DNA of 64,000 nucleotides from Lingula anatina (lineage: Eukaryota > Animalia > Brachiopoda), in NCBI GenBank assembly GCA_051362555.1, contig CM120642.1, positions 28,458,001-28,522,000 of the forward strand, in the 5' to 3' direction. A program made the position numbers and the translations under genes. The notes beneath the pieces are model-generated. The model was not told where the DNA came from and ran no database searches. It saw only the letters and a list, made by a program, of their open reading frames with translations. Shown piece by piece: positions 13,079 through 38,247 of this stretch (within the stretch, counting starts at the first letter, position 1; each line of letters starts with the position of its first letter).

Positions 13079-14367
13079 TTCAATCTTTACCAGAGGAGGA
13101 ACTTGAACTAAAGGGAAATCGGCGTTTTTTTTCTTTTTTTCGCTTATGTGAAAAGAAATCTTCAGAGCAGCATTCACGTTAAACCGTGAGCTTGATCAAT
13201 GGGTGAATCTGAAAAGCATACCACAATAAAAAAGATAAATAAATGCTTAAAATCAGTGGAATTATAAGTATAGTGTATTGGTCAAAATAAAATGTGAGAT
13301 GGAAGTATCAATAGGCTGTCAACGTCCTAGGGACAGAGTTGGAAAATAAGGATGAAATTATTCTAAGTTGGCTCTACAAGGCCAATAGTGTTTAACTGAG
13401 CCAACTATAGCCCGGGTCTCCCCTACCTACCGAAAAAAAAAGAAAAGCCGCCAGGGGAGGCACTCAATTAAGCTAAACGTAGTGATACTGATCAAAGTCA
13501 CCACATAACTTCATATCGATACACTACACACTGAGAATAAATAAGCTATTATTGAGTGTGTGTGTGTGTTGGGGCAGGGGGGTAGGCCAACCGCCGTTCC
13601 TTTCATGATGACAAGACGGTTTTGTCGGCCCTACTCCGAAACGGTGTGGTGAAGAAACGATGTAAGAGAGTGCCGACACAGGAATGTATTGACCCGGATA
13701 ATATGTTCGTATGTTAGGCCTATATCGTACGTTTACTGTTTGACCTAGGGAAATAAAGACGAGGGGGAGTTATGATGCATCTAAGTACAGGTGAGGAGAG
13801 TATATCAATGTGAGGTTGTCATGATAAGGGGGCTAGTGTAAACAAAAAAGATATGATCGCAACACCGCCACGTAATTCGAAGTTAGAATACAAGACGACA
13901 ACAGAATAGAAGGTACCCGATCAACAAAGTAAAGTAAATTTCTCAGATCATCCCAACTAATATTCGTGTTATCTTGAGACGAGGGATCTAAGTTCACCAT
14001 AGTCTTACCTGCACTGACAAAGAAATATCGATCTCACGAGTCCTTTTTTGGCATCCGTGGATTTTGAGCTTTATGCTCTGCCAACTACAAAATGGTAAAC
14101 TTTTCCAGTCGGTGCTTGGCGAGTTCAGGCAGACAACTCAGACTAGAAGATTTTCTTCTTTTTGAAACAGGAAGCACGATGTGAACATTTTCACAATAAC
14201 CGTAATGACAGGCTGTCAACACGCAATAAGATATAGAATATTTTTATCTAGAATGATCTAACTTACAAATTGTGTGACTGTCCTTCCGTCAGTTCTAACC
14301 AGCATGGTGCAGAAATGGACTGAACTACCTGTTTTATCAAGGTGACTTGTGTTGTTATAATGTGTGT

Positions 14368-15004
14368 AGATAATGTGTATAAAATCTGAGTTCTTGTACA
14401 TAATAAACACACTTTTGATTTGGAACTGAAGATGTGATGTTGTTAATTGTTATCTTCCCTCTCCCCGACAAGCGATATTTTAGAACGAACCTGGGTAGGG
14501 AGTATCATGGACCCCTACATACGCCCCTATTTATTTAATGATTCAATTGACCTTTTAAAAGATAGCCAAATCAAAATTAATAGAAAATGTTGAAATATTG
14601 TTAAGGTCCACTAAATGCATGTGATGAAATCACTCATTTACATATTATGTTTATACTTGTAATCAGTCAGCACATTATCATTCACCTTACTTCAGTCTTG
14701 AATGAATATTTATCATCCTCTGTATAGGTATACCTGATAAGTAGAACTCATATAACTTAAAAGTAGAAGCCCTCAATTGTTATCTATTGCATTGCAATTA
14801 GTATTTAAATGAGTTGCTGCCACTGTGGCATGCAGATAGATTCTCTGGTGATAATGTGTATAAAGGCTGAATGCTTGGACTTAATAAAGGACTTTTAGAC
14901 TTGGAACTGAATATGTGAGTTTGTAGTTATATTCCCTCTCCCATGCATCAGTGACAAGTAAAATATTAGAAGAACCTGGGTAGGGTGGAACATGGACCCC
15001 TACA
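14368..15004 (+). repeat. Two diverged direct copies (about 14368-14519 and 14850-15004) of an LTR-like segment
   Basis: Both copies read GATAATGTGTATAAA...AATAAA...TTGGAACTGAA...TTCCCTCTCCC...GAACCTGGGTAGGG...CATGGACCCCTACA. Confidence 0.6.
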
Positions 15005-16002
15005 ATATGAAACGGCTTATCTTTGGGCTTATTATTTAAAAGAATATCCGATAAACTACAATGTTTATAAAACATAGCCCTTTATCTCATTAACCTTTGA
15101 AAAGTGACATGCATATTTAGATCGAAATTTTCGTTTTGTCACACACTATTTTGAGATAGGCCCACTCACGGATAGATGGCGCCACTTATTAATCCCATCT
15201 CTAAAAGAGCGCGCTGGGGTAGAATGCAGCAAATTAAATGTTCTGGATTGATGTGTTTACATGGGGATTATAAGTAACCTGAATATTTTAATGTGTTCTC
15301 ATTCCATCACCAGCCCTTTCAGTTGACTTACACCCCACCCCCCAAAAATTAAATAAATAAACCAAGAAATAGAATAATAAAAATAATAAGCGAAAATTGT
15401 GGAAGACTGCTGTAGATGCATGCATTAAACTTCAGATCTGTGTATTTTGTCCATAATATAGGTGGCAGACTTCAACAATTGTTGAGAGCTTTTTTTCCAA
15501 GTGGTTTCGCTAAAGTGGGCAGCTATCAATCACCTTCCTCTTAACAAAACGCTTTCTATCGATCCTGTCAGTGCTTTACCAACCGCGCCTGGCAGATCGA
15601 TGCTTTAACAAAGGTACCACCCTGCTTGTATTGGTTACCAAATGACAATCAATGAACGGAACAGACTCCGACATCGGCACATTATCCACTTCGATGTTGT
15701 TTGGGGTTTCCATTAATCGGGAATATGTATATTAATTGGATTACATTGAAAACCCATATTCCATATATTTACCATTGTTGCTGGGCCCGTAAACTGGTTC
15801 GTGGTACCTATATTCCTTCCTGTAAAGTATTACCGTATTACCATCGTACCGGTATCAAATTACATTAAAAATGCATGAAGCACCGCTGCCATTTTGAGTG
15901 AAAAGTTTGCTGCATTAGGACCATTTATAGAGCTGCCTACATGAAAATGATGATACCTTAACGGTGTCCGCTAAAAAGAACGGAAAGTGGTGAAAAAAGA
16001 AG

Positions 16003-19000
16003 ATGAGTTTTAAGAAATCGCCGTTGTACAAAATTCTCACTTCCCGGTCGCCAGACACGGTAAAGAAAGCATTGGAATACATTCGAACGGATGAAAATTT
16101 CGATGCGGATCTGAGCGAGAAGAACGGGGAGGGCTACCTTCATTTGGTCGCCATTTTAGAAGGTGAAAACAAGAAAGTCAAAGGTGTTCCAAGCCTGGTT
16201 CCCGTGGTATACGCTTTGGCAAATGGCGGCATTGAAGTGGACGGCCAGGATAATCGCGGCAACACAGCCCTCCACACCGCGGTGATGTGCGACGCCGGAG
16301 GAGCTCTGGTGAACGCTTTGTTCAAAGTCGGCGTCGACCCCACCATCACCAACAAAGAAGGCAACACGGCTGGAGACTACGTGCCGGACGATGAAAGTTC
16401 CACCCTGTACGCCACCTTTGAGATGCTTTTCCCTGGTCTTTGGAAGGCAGTGGAGGATGGGGAAGCTGACAAGGTGGAGGAGCTCCTGGACTACTGGTGT
16501 AAGATCGACCAAGTTAAGTTTCGGAAGTCTATTCTGGAGATGGCCAGAGAGAAAGAGAATGAGAGAATCGTAGAATGTTTGGAAAAGGCAGGGAGAACCA
16601 ACGAAATGGTTCACTCTGCCCTGGGCGGGGACTCAGCCAAGGTGAAAAATCTCCTCAAGGATGGGGATAAAGTTAACATGGACACGGTGGATGAAAGTTA
16701 CATGGATGAGAATGGACACGTGGTTCCAATGCCTCTCTTAGGAGTAGTCGGACTGTACGGTCTGAACGACGTGGTGAAGGTACTGGTCAGAAAAGGCGCA
16801 GACGTCAACAGTCGAGTTTTGAACCCAACCACAGGTGAAAAACAGCCTTTGTTTTATTATGTCATGAAGCGCTCCAAAACGGTTAATGTGGATTTTGTCC
16901 GAACCTTGGAGAAGGCAGATTTGTCCTTGATCACAGACGACAAGCACGATATTCTTTGGCGCGCTTTTGATCGCGGGTACCCCCTTGAAGTGATGGAGTA
17001 CCTCAATGACAATGACTTTTCACTGTTTGAGTACAGTCGACAGGGGCACACTTTGCGCCAGAAAATCATGATCAGGTCCATTGGACTGCCCGAGGACGAA
17101 CAGAGAAAAAACCTTCTCTTTGTCGACGAACACATCCTGGGCTACGCAGCAAATGGGAACTTGGAGCGGTTGAAGGGATTGGCCTTAGATGGCTATTATG
17201 ACCTGAACGTGGAGAATCACAAGGGGAAAAAAGCCGCTTCGCTGGCCAGGAAAAAGGGTCATGACGAAGTGGCCAATTTCCTAGAAGAATTAGACGATTT
17301 CCAGGTAATAATTTTCAGATTTATTGTGTATTTATTGTGTATTATTATTGTTAAGGGTTATACGTTAAGTATATGTCCATGTGATGTAAGCAAACGTTAT
17401 TTCTCCTCTCAGGATTCAGTGTAAGTCCACCTCTGCGGCCACCATTGTCCAATGTCGATTTGCCGTATCTTCTGTCAACGGCTTAGCAACAGTAGTTTCT
17501 ATTGTATTTGAATAGCATGTCACTCACGGCAATCAAAACGGACCTATTTGGCATATCCTGCATAGTCGTAGGGTATGTTAAGGGAGGAGCTATTATCTCT
17601 TTTCCAGATTTAAGAAGTATTTTTGTGAGATATTGATAGCGCGTAAGTCTTTTAATTTTTTCAGAGGCTAAGTCTCTAATTTTTTCATTAGTCAAAGATG
17701 TTTAGTTCTGTAGTGTATATAAATACCAAAGTTCAATATATAAGATGTAAGTTAAAGTCTCAACAGAAAAGAGATACATAATACAAATATTTAAACAAGA
17801 CCGTAGACTGAAAATTAATCAAAACGTACATGAAAACATAATACTAAAAAATAAAATTTCTCTTACTTCTAAATATTGGCAACAGGTCTTGGCTGTAAAA
17901 TGAATCATGTTATCACTATTACTCAAGAATAAAAATTACATTATTCACATAATTGACACATTCTTTCTGGAACAGATAATTTTCCATATCCTTCTTCGCA
18001 GGGGGGGGGGGGGGGGGGCACCCCATATCTGACCTTAGCCAGTGCACAGGAGGTAAAGCCCTATAAAAACTTCACTGAATTGGAGGCTTTCAAAAGCTAA
18101 CCCTTCTTTCAAGTACTTTCAACAGTCTACGGTCCTACACATTAATTAAATTATCTCGCGTCGTCGCACGATGTCCTGTTGTTTATGGTAGCTATTATAT
18201 CTGTTCTTCAGTGCCCCTGTGATAGAGAGTCCGCTTCCCATCCATTCGTACAGGTAAGCCCCGCCCTAGATTTTGACCCACTTATTGCTAGGTCAGGCTA
18301 ACCCTAACCATTATAACTAAATGGAAGGCAGACTTTCTGTTACACCGGACACACGGGCTTTGCTGAAACAGGAAAGTTAATAGAAAACGTGCCACTATTA
18401 ACTCATTCTCATGGGTTGACAATAAATAATAAGTGCAAATAATGCGGGACTTATCGATCACTACAATGAGTAAACATGGATAATCGGGCACACTTCATAG
18501 AATAAAGGGGACTGGTGTTGATCGATAGCGTCATCTTTACCTGGGCATATATCTAGTGTGTTTAGATGGCATCCTGTTGTTAGGCAATCCGCTCTCATTT
18601 CTCACTTCTAGAATCCACCGAACTCCCCCTCTTTCCCCTTGATCATTGCATTATTTCAGGTCTTCAGCTCAGATCTGCCAAATATCAATTTGCCTCGTCA
18701 TAACGACCTGCTAGAAAAACCAAAACAAAGGACAAATCGAAGTAGGACACGACAATAAAATCGACAAAAACCAATCAACCTTGAACTCTTTTTGGGCCTC
18801 TTTCTTCGCCAGCCACGTCTCTCCAAATTTTCTGTATTTTCTGTATTCTAACATTGCATGTATATTTGGTTTTGTTTCTCTATAGTTGTTAATATTTTGT
18901 TAATATCCTTAAAAGTGATGACGTCTATCCTATTTTGAAAAAAAAAACAATTATTGAATATGCCCTTTCTGTTTTTACTATATGCCTATATAAACGAAAT

Positions 19001-22000
19001 CGTTTAACTATAAGTGCCAATGCGTATACTTTTCAGGTAAAAGTGATACAACTGCACAAAGCCGTGGAAAATGCCAACATGTCGGAGGCCAAGAAATACC
19101 TTGATGACAGAGATATGGGGCGTGCCAAGGACAGGGGTGGGCGCACTCCACTGCATAAAGCCGTCATCTACGAGAGGAGAATCATCATCAAGTTTCTGAT
19201 CAAAGACTACCCGGAGACACTGAATATGAAGGATTTTGTAAGTCAAAACTGCTGTTTCAATTAACACCAATATTTTGTCCAATAAAAACCAATAGTCTGA
19301 CCATCTCCTGTAAGTTCAATAAATAGCGTAATGATAATCTAATGTCATTGCGTGAAAGGACATTAATTGCAGCATATTTAGGGCAGACGACAGGGAAGAA
19401 GTGTGTTCTCAAACGAAGGGATCGAGTTGGCAAAAAGTATGCCATTGTGGGCTCCTTGTTAAGACAACCGTCCCGGGCTGAGTAATCACTAGCACGCGCT
19501 CGTGCGCACACACGCACACGCTGGAGCTGATTCACGAGTAGTGGGAGCTGTTTGTGTGTCTCTCAGTGTGACGTCAGTAACGATCTCAGTAATGATCTAT
19601 GCGTTGTTGTTAAATCCTTTATCAACATCCTATGTGATAACGATCCCTCCTGAAACCTTGTTTTGAAATCAAGGCTGTATCAATGGGTCGATCATATTGA
19701 TTTTAGGTAATGTGCGTATTGTATTATTATACAACTCTTCATGTCCTCATGTCGCGAATAAATTGCTCTTCACACATAGATTGCTCTTGGGCACAGCGAA
19801 AAACGCTCTCGCTTCCAACAGGTTAAGTTCTTTTTTAATGACTCATATATATATGCACACTGTATTGTTAGTTAGACGTTTTGTAATAGAGCAGAACGAC
19901 TGTTTCTTCATCATTTAATGGCATAAGATATTTGCAGGTTCATATGCTGCATTCAGTAGAACAACACTTGTGAATATTCCTGATGGAGTCACCCCAATTC
20001 TCAAAGTGGTCTCTTTTACCCTACAAACACCACACGCCACCCATAACTCCAGATTACTACTATAATTATGATTCAGTCTGTCTGGTTTTGTTATGTAACC
20101 TATCTGTGCCGGGATTTTTAATTTTCAGACAATATCAGTTGTGTTTTAATAAAAGCCCCTAGAATTATCGATTGGATCAAGAATTTCCGCCTTTCGTCCG
20201 AATGAAACATCATTCAGCTGTTGTTTAAATGCATTTCCGCTGCCTTTTATTTCTCAAATGTTATATATGTTTTTAGAACTACTTCGGCTTGGATTTCATC
20301 ATTATCAACAATATCATTAACAAAGCATCAGGCTACTTAGTCTGATTAATCGGCTGGTTTTATTCGGAATATTAATGAGCCAGGCAGTGTGTGAGATAAA
20401 TGTATAGGGAGACTTCTCTCTCGAGTACGCTTAGTTCTTGCAATGACTAGGTTCTCGTCAAAGTGGCATATTATTTTTTAATCTTCGCCCAGTTAGAGTA
20501 CACCGTTAATCAGATAAAATAGATGCCACTATTTACTTTATTATCAGAAATATAATGATCAAAACTGTGGAATCCAGAAGTAGCAAATGCGCAAATGTTT
20601 TTTCTCTTGCATATTTCAAATAAATAAATAATTAAAAGACAACTACTGAAGGTGTTCTGACACACTTCAGATGATAGGGATACTGAGTTAATGTACACAA
20701 ACCTCTTTACTAACTGATTAAAAATCATATGTCAAAGAAATGACTGTCTTAAGTTTATTGTTGTTGGTTTTTTTTTTTTTTTCAGAATGGAAGAACACCT
20801 CTTCATTTCGCCTGTGCGTTACCAGACGCAGACGACATCGTGGACTCTCTGCTACGGGCCGGGGCTGACAAGAATATCACAGATTTTGTAAGTGTCATGG
20901 TTGAAATAGAGCCAGAGAAAGTTAGGAATGAAAAGTATTGCATTTCACACGTACAAATGCACAAAAGCAGGAAAACGAGCGTAAACAAGCACTGATACAT
21001 GTAGGCCTATGTGGCCTACTCGATTGAACACACATTTATGCTAATTTTTTTGCATTTTTTATGCTTAATACGCGTTTTATAAAATAACACATCCTGCCTT
21101 TTAACTATCAAATGCAAACAAATACAACTGTCACTAAGGAAGATAAACCCGCCTTCCTCTTCTACCCCAATACATGTAATACAGAAATATTCAGTTTTTG
21201 ATTATCTTTCTCTTGTCACTTTTTAATGTATAGCATCAGATTATACATAGTTTTCTGTATGTGTATGTATTCACCACTCTGAGATGGTAAATAAATAAAT
21301 AAATAAAATAAAATAAAATAAAATAAAATAAAATAAAATAAATAAATAAATCACGATATTGCAGGACGGTAAGACTCCCGGGGACTACAGAAACAAGGAC
21401 AACAAGTTCGTGGCGGCTGAGAGAGAGACGCTGCCTGGACTGGACCTCTGGCTACGGAACCAGTACCACAAGTGGGTGGACGCCATTGAGGAAGGCGACT
21501 ACAACAAGGGGAAGGAATTACGGGAGGAATTGCCCGAGTGGCTGAACGCCGGTAAGAGGCGGAGGAAGATCGGTGACGTGACAGCGTTGAAAAAAACTTG
21601 ACCCAAAAGTGCATGATTTCAAGTCTGGAAGCAATGTGAAAGTTAATTGCATTACGGCATATAAAATCTGCATTAAATTCTGGCATTTTAAGTTTGATAA
21701 CCACTGCCGTTGTGTGTTGCTTATTAGTTAAAACATTTTCGTTTTGTTAGCGGCGTTGCAATATACCTGTTAACGCCCGCGTGGGAAGGCGGGTACTAGC
21801 ATATCCTATACGTAGACCGTTCCTTCTCAAAAGCATGTCATCTTGAACGAATAAAAATCTTTAAGGTCCATCACAGTATGCCATGTAAGTGTTATTTCAC
21901 ATAGTCCGTATTGTCTTTGTAGGAGATATAATGAAGCAAATGTACCTGCTCCCAGGAGAGGAGAAACCGAAGGACCTTCTCTTTGTCTGTGTGACAAACA

Positions 22001-22987
22001 ATCAAGAGGAAATGGCCCTGTATCTGGTAGAGGAGGGAGCCGATGCAGTCATTAAGGGTCCGGTAAGATAACGAACACGCACACTTACACACATGACCGC
22101 ATGCATTCCTAGATTTGCGACTGGTGATTGTCACGGTTGGATCAATGGTTAATATATCATTAGTCACAAAAACTAGCCCCCGCTCATGCCTTTAAAGTAT
22201 ACTTCTTTCTTTGAAGCGTTAAACGCACAGACAACTGAGCAAAGAATCCGCTCTCAAGGTCAACATTATTTTTAGTCAAATCTTCCTCGGCTTTAGAAGC
22301 AGACCGTCTCTTCTCCTTCAAAATTCTTTTTGAAGTACGTCCAAACCTTTAAAACTTAGTCGCCCATTCGAGGAGATTATTATAATATGAATGTAATCGG
22401 GATATGTGGATTGCAATAACTGTTTTATTTTCACCTTTCAGTACGGTAAGGGAGGCAAGGTGGTGACACTACGCGAGGCCGCTGAAGAACGTGGAATGCG
22501 AGACTTGGCCGAGCTGGCGGAAACAGCCGAGGAGGTAACGTAAAAATAGACATCATATTCGAACTGAAGTTGTACTATTCAGGCAGGGCCGAAATGAAAA
22601 AAAAACTTTTACTATAATTTAAAACTAAAATATCGAGAAAGATTTAGAAATTAAACTGCTGTTGTTCAAAATATGTTGAAGACAGTCGTTGTGCGAAGTT
22701 CAGCTGCATCTTCTTCCCAACCTGCGATAGTTTGAATTTTAAATATTTCAAAAAACAAACTGCGCGAGCAAATCTACGACCATTAATGGTAATTTCAGAT
22801 GGCCAAGGAAGAAGACGGGGAATTAGAGGACCTGGCAGACCATGACATGGACAGTAACCCAGCACTGCAGAATGGGACTTCGAAAGGCGGGAAGGGGAAA
22901 GAAAAGAACGGGCACGCTAACGGAAACGCCAACGGCCAAGACACCCCAGAAGGCGAGATAAAAAGCAAAAGTTGCACCATTCTGTAA
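16003..22987 (+). CDS. Ankyrin-repeat protein with C-terminal CaaX box; exons 16003-17304, 19037-19237, 20786-20887, 21365-21551, 21923-22062, 22442-22534, 22799-22987
   Basis: Ankyrin motifs GNTALHTAV, GRTPLHKAV and GRTPLHFAC. All junctions are GT-AG and phase-compatible. Ends KSKSCTIL*. Confidence 0.88.
21287..21350 (+). repeat. (TAAA)n/(TAAAA)n simple repeat
   Basis: Read directly; lies just before the acceptor at 21364. Confidence 0.9.
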
Positions 22988-24108
22988 ATGACCGTTCCAG
23001 CGGTAAATAAAAAATCAATGATAATGATAGTTACTGTGCAGAAAAGGGAGCAAACGCCAGTTTTCCCAGGAATAACCGGTCGAATGGCATTTGAAGCCGC
23101 GAATACCCAGAAATGGGAGAGAAACCGTTAGATTGTGAAAATGCGGTCTGCGCGTGGAGTAATACAGGCAATTCCAATTGGCTTAAATTAAGCTACTGGC
23201 ATTTTTTGGATCGCTTCAAATTTCAATTCAGGCACTTATTTTTACCCTGAGCGGTTACTGTAGTTCCATATGTGGGTTAATTGTACAGGATTGGACGTAA
23301 TTCAAGACAAAATGTATGGGTGTCTTGCATTTCATATCGTGTCGATGTAAAAAATCACCTCGAATGGGTTAAGTTTGCCTTTCCTAGGTCGTCCAACATG
23401 TTCTGTTCTTATAATAGTTTTAACTTTGTTAAATAAAAGAGACATTCAGAAAGGTCAAATTTGAAATGAAAAACATTTAAACAACATAATCAATTCAACT
23501 GTGATACAATTTTGCATTGGTAAAGCAGTTAAATTAAATTTGAAAATCATTTTATTTCAAAGATACATTATATACGGACATTTTCCATGTATTTCAGTTT
23601 CTTATGTGCTAGTATATGTACATGGTACAGTAATATTATGTACAAGATGCACTCTGTACTTATATGAACAATATACATGTATGTCATAGATAATAAATCA
23701 ACTGTCTACAGCCAACTGCTAGGAACTGTGTTCATTAATGTTTCCTAATCATTCCAGGCCTTAGTTTGGATGTATGCTGCATGCAAACAACATCACACCT
23801 GTATTTCTTGTTATTTTTAATACATGTTTTTTCAGGTCCTGCTATAATCAATTCGGTCCTGAATACATCTCTCACACTCATTCACTTTCTTGGCCATCTT
23901 TTGAACACATGGAAGCCTTACGGGTCCAACTGAATCTCCTGTCTTGTTTTTCTTTTGGTATTTTAAGTACTTAAAATAAACTTTCTTCTTGCATGTTTCA
24001 GCACTGTAATAATGGAGTTTAGTTTCATCAGTTTCATCTCTGATACCTATCAGTGTACAATTTGTTTTCCCAACTCTGGATTACGTGGCGACTGCCCCTG
24101 ATATTATC

Positions 24109-35118
<11,010 letters not shown>

Positions 35119-35397
35119 GGTGAGAGATTTAGTAGTGGGATTCAAATATAGTCTGTGTCCTTACAGCTGTAAGTTTTGGCCAGCTATATGTTGTGTTACA
35201 TCCTTATTTCCATGGCTGTCGCCCTTGTGCCTCAGTCATGTTGTAAGATTTTTAAGTTTCACACTGCTCACAACTTTTCTAACACATCCTATTAATTATA
35301 TATTAGGCTTTTCGGAATCTCAAAAAACATATTATATATCTCAGTTTAAATGTAACAAAAACCGAACCGACTTACATATAAATTGCTTCAACACATA

Positions 35398-36269
35398 TAT
35401 GGGCGGCCAAAAGGGCAAAAAATCATGTCGTCGATTCAGTTATGTTTCGTCGATTCACTGCCTTCCCATCGATTCAGTTTCAAGTTTAAACGATCCTGTC
35501 ATAAATTCAACATCTACTTTCGTCAATTCAACTGTCAAACATTTCTCATCTACGGTGTATTAAAACCAATGCTGTCACTATTTTCGTCGATCGTGTAACT
35601 ATTCTCGTCGATCGTCTAATCTCGTCGATCGTCCAACTAATCTCGTCGATCGTGTAACTATTCTCATCGATCGTCTATTCTCGTCGATCGTCTCATCGAT
35701 CGATCGCCAGAGGGCGCTGCGGTAGCACATTGGCCTATCACATGACTATCAAAATGGCAGAAAACAAAATGATTGCTAGTGAAATAAGAACATTTTCTCA
35801 ACAATTTCAATTTTAGTTGTTAATAATTAAAAGATATTCGGTTGTAGGGACATTATTTTCTAGTTGTGCTTAACTCTGACCATGGCTGGCCGAGTTAAAA
35901 ATTACCGCGTGATTGACAGACAGAAGCACGTGTTGCTACCGCAGCGCACTCTGGCGATCGATCGATGAGACGATCGATGAGAATAGTTACATGATCGACG
36001 AGATATTAGACGATCGACGAGAATAGTTACACGATCGACAAAAACAGTTTGATGATCGACGAGATTAGTTACACGATCGACGAAAATAGTGACAGCATTG
36101 GTTTTAATACACCATAGATGAGAAATGTTTGACAATTGAATTGACGAAAGTAGATGTTGAATTTATGACAGGATCGTTTAAACTTGAAACTGAATCGATG
36201 GGAAGGCAGTGAATCGACGAAACATAACTGAATCGACGACATGAATTTTTGCCCTTTTGGCCGCCCATA
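35398..36269. mobile_element. Foldback-type non-autonomous DNA transposon with about 330-bp TIRs and 6-bp TSD (IS3EU-like)
   Basis: TATGGGCGGCCAAAAGGGC... at 35398 and its reverse complement ending at 36269. CACATA lies at 35392-35397 and 36270-36275. Internal CTCGTCGATCGT subrepeats. Confidence 0.88.
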
Positions 36270-36519
36270 CACATAACCTTCAATCAAGACACAACAGACA
36301 AAATGCGTTGGGGAAACGTCGCCTGGAGCTTGTAAACAACACAATTCGAAGCAATTTACACCAAAAATTGACCTGGTTGGTCCCTAAAGTACTGTGTAAA
36401 TTAAATAAATACAGTGTACTATGACAAAGGATGATTGGATGACACTATTTACTGAGTTCAAACCTCAATTTTCACTTCTAGATCGTAGTATTCAATCTTG
36501 TACGAGTTCACTTTTCGTA

Positions 36520-36600
36520 TTCATGGGCGCCGCCATCTTGAAGGTTTTGTGCTACACCGCTTTCAGTGACGTAACGATTAGCAGAGTTTGATGACGTCTA
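36520..36600. promoter_or_regulatory. Probable bidirectional DHX16/SSNA1 promoter core
   Basis: YY1-type GCCGCCATCTTG near 36529-36540 and CRE-like TGACGTAA/TGACGTC between two divergent housekeeping genes. Confidence 0.5.
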
Positions 36601-36711
36601 CACACAACTGACAGCGACAGATTAACTAAAGAGACCGAGACATTCAATTTTTTAAGGAATTTATAGCATATTCGTTGTTCAAAAACCAACTTGAGAGACT
36701 TCGCCGACAAA

Positions 36712-38247
36712 ATGTCACAACAAGGCGCTGCATTACAGAGTTATAACAACGAGTTGGTTAAATGTAAGTTGTTTTGTGTGTTGTTCTCGTTGCCAAGTCG
36801 AAAAGTAGGCGGTATTTTTGGTTTTTCGTCGAGAGATAACATTTCATATTCTTTGGTATTGTTACTGTTTATCACATGTTTACAAACATAATTTGGTATT
36901 TATCCAATTACAGTCTGTGTTGTTGGACATTAACCCTATGGAATTACCCATCTAAAGTAGAAAACTTGAAGTTGTGTATTACACTAGACCCACTACATGT
37001 AGAGACTGAAGTCAGAACAGTAAAAGGCCCATTTGTCCTATTAGGGTCAATTAATACAAATTACCAAATTACAAGGGAGCAATAAATCTCATGCCTTAGT
37101 TATTTATTGAAGACACTAACATAGTAACTCACTGACACATAGCTTATGAATTACTTTACTTGGTATATTGCATTAAACATTGTTTGATGTCTTTCAGGTC
37201 AAAAATAAATAACTTGATAATCTCCATTTCAGCTTCATTTTTGAGTTTTAGAGGAAGTTGGTTGCACTTTGCCATTGAAGTGTGATGGATGAGAGACTCC
37301 TCCTATCTTGATATAATTATACAATAATGATATTAACTCCTAAACCCTTTTATCTTTGTATTTATATCCATTTTCATTGTCCAGGCATAGAAGATCTGTG
37401 TGCCAAGAGAGATGCACTAAATAAAGCACTGGAGGAAGAAGAGGAAGAAAAAAATAAAGTTCAACATGACATAAGGATTTTGACAGAAAGACTGGCAAAA
37501 ATAAATGAAAGTTTAAGCAAGAAAATGGCATCTAGAAATGAATTTGATAAAACCATCGCGGAGACAGAAGCAGCATACATGAAGGTAGGTGACCATAATA
37601 GTTATTAGTCCGGCCCATAGGTGGGGGTGAGATAGAAAGAACTTCACTTTGGGGTGGAATCAAAGTTTGATCTAAGTGACTAAGTCCTATGTCATTTTTC
37701 ATATTGGGCCAACTGCTAGTAAGCATAAAAAGGTCCATTTTTTTAGAAAGTCCCCCCCCCCCCCACCCCCCCCATTTGCAGGACTGTTAGTGATAAGGAA
37801 CTCACATATGATGTAATTTTATTTGATTTGAATTTAACATAGATAAATGTCACTGGACAGATGGTGATTTAGTACAGTTGCCAAATATCCTAGGACAGGT
37901 GATGATTTGTAGTGAAGTAAAAAAAGTTTTGTTTTGTGACCTTTAAGAGTGGTTATGTGTGTTTTTTTTTGTTTTTTTTTTTTTTTTGCAAAATTTAAGG
38001 ATTATAAAAGTGAATGACTTCTTCAAATTCTTTATTTCTTGTGTTATCTTTTACCTATTTGATTTTATTTTAGAAAATAATTTTATATCTTCCCTTCAGT
38101 TTGCTTTCATATCTTTTGGATATTTCTTTTCAGATTTTGGAGAGTTCACAGACACTGCTTAATGTGTTAAAGAAAGAAGCTCAGTCCTACAAGGAGAAAA
38201 ATATTGTGAACCCAGGGGCATCAGGGCAGAAGATAGAGGGACGCTGA
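36712..38247 (+). CDS. SSNA1: SSNA1/NA14/DIP13 coiled-coil microtubule and centrosome protein; exons 36712-36763, 37385-37584, 38134-38247
   Basis: [23 protein letters not shown]...[29 protein letters not shown] matches SSNA1. Confidence 0.95.

Noticed and set aside
16140-17135. Several minus-strand ORFs
   Set aside because: Antisense shadows of the GC-richer ankyrin exon.
35575-35705. Repeated CTCGTCGATCGT units resembling a CRISPR array
   Set aside because: No unique spacers and no cas genes, in a eukaryotic context. The units are mirrored in the opposite TIR of the transposon.
35383-36344. Two near-identical ORFs (35383-35598 + and 36069-36344 -)
   Set aside because: They result from the long inverted repeat and show no protein-like features.
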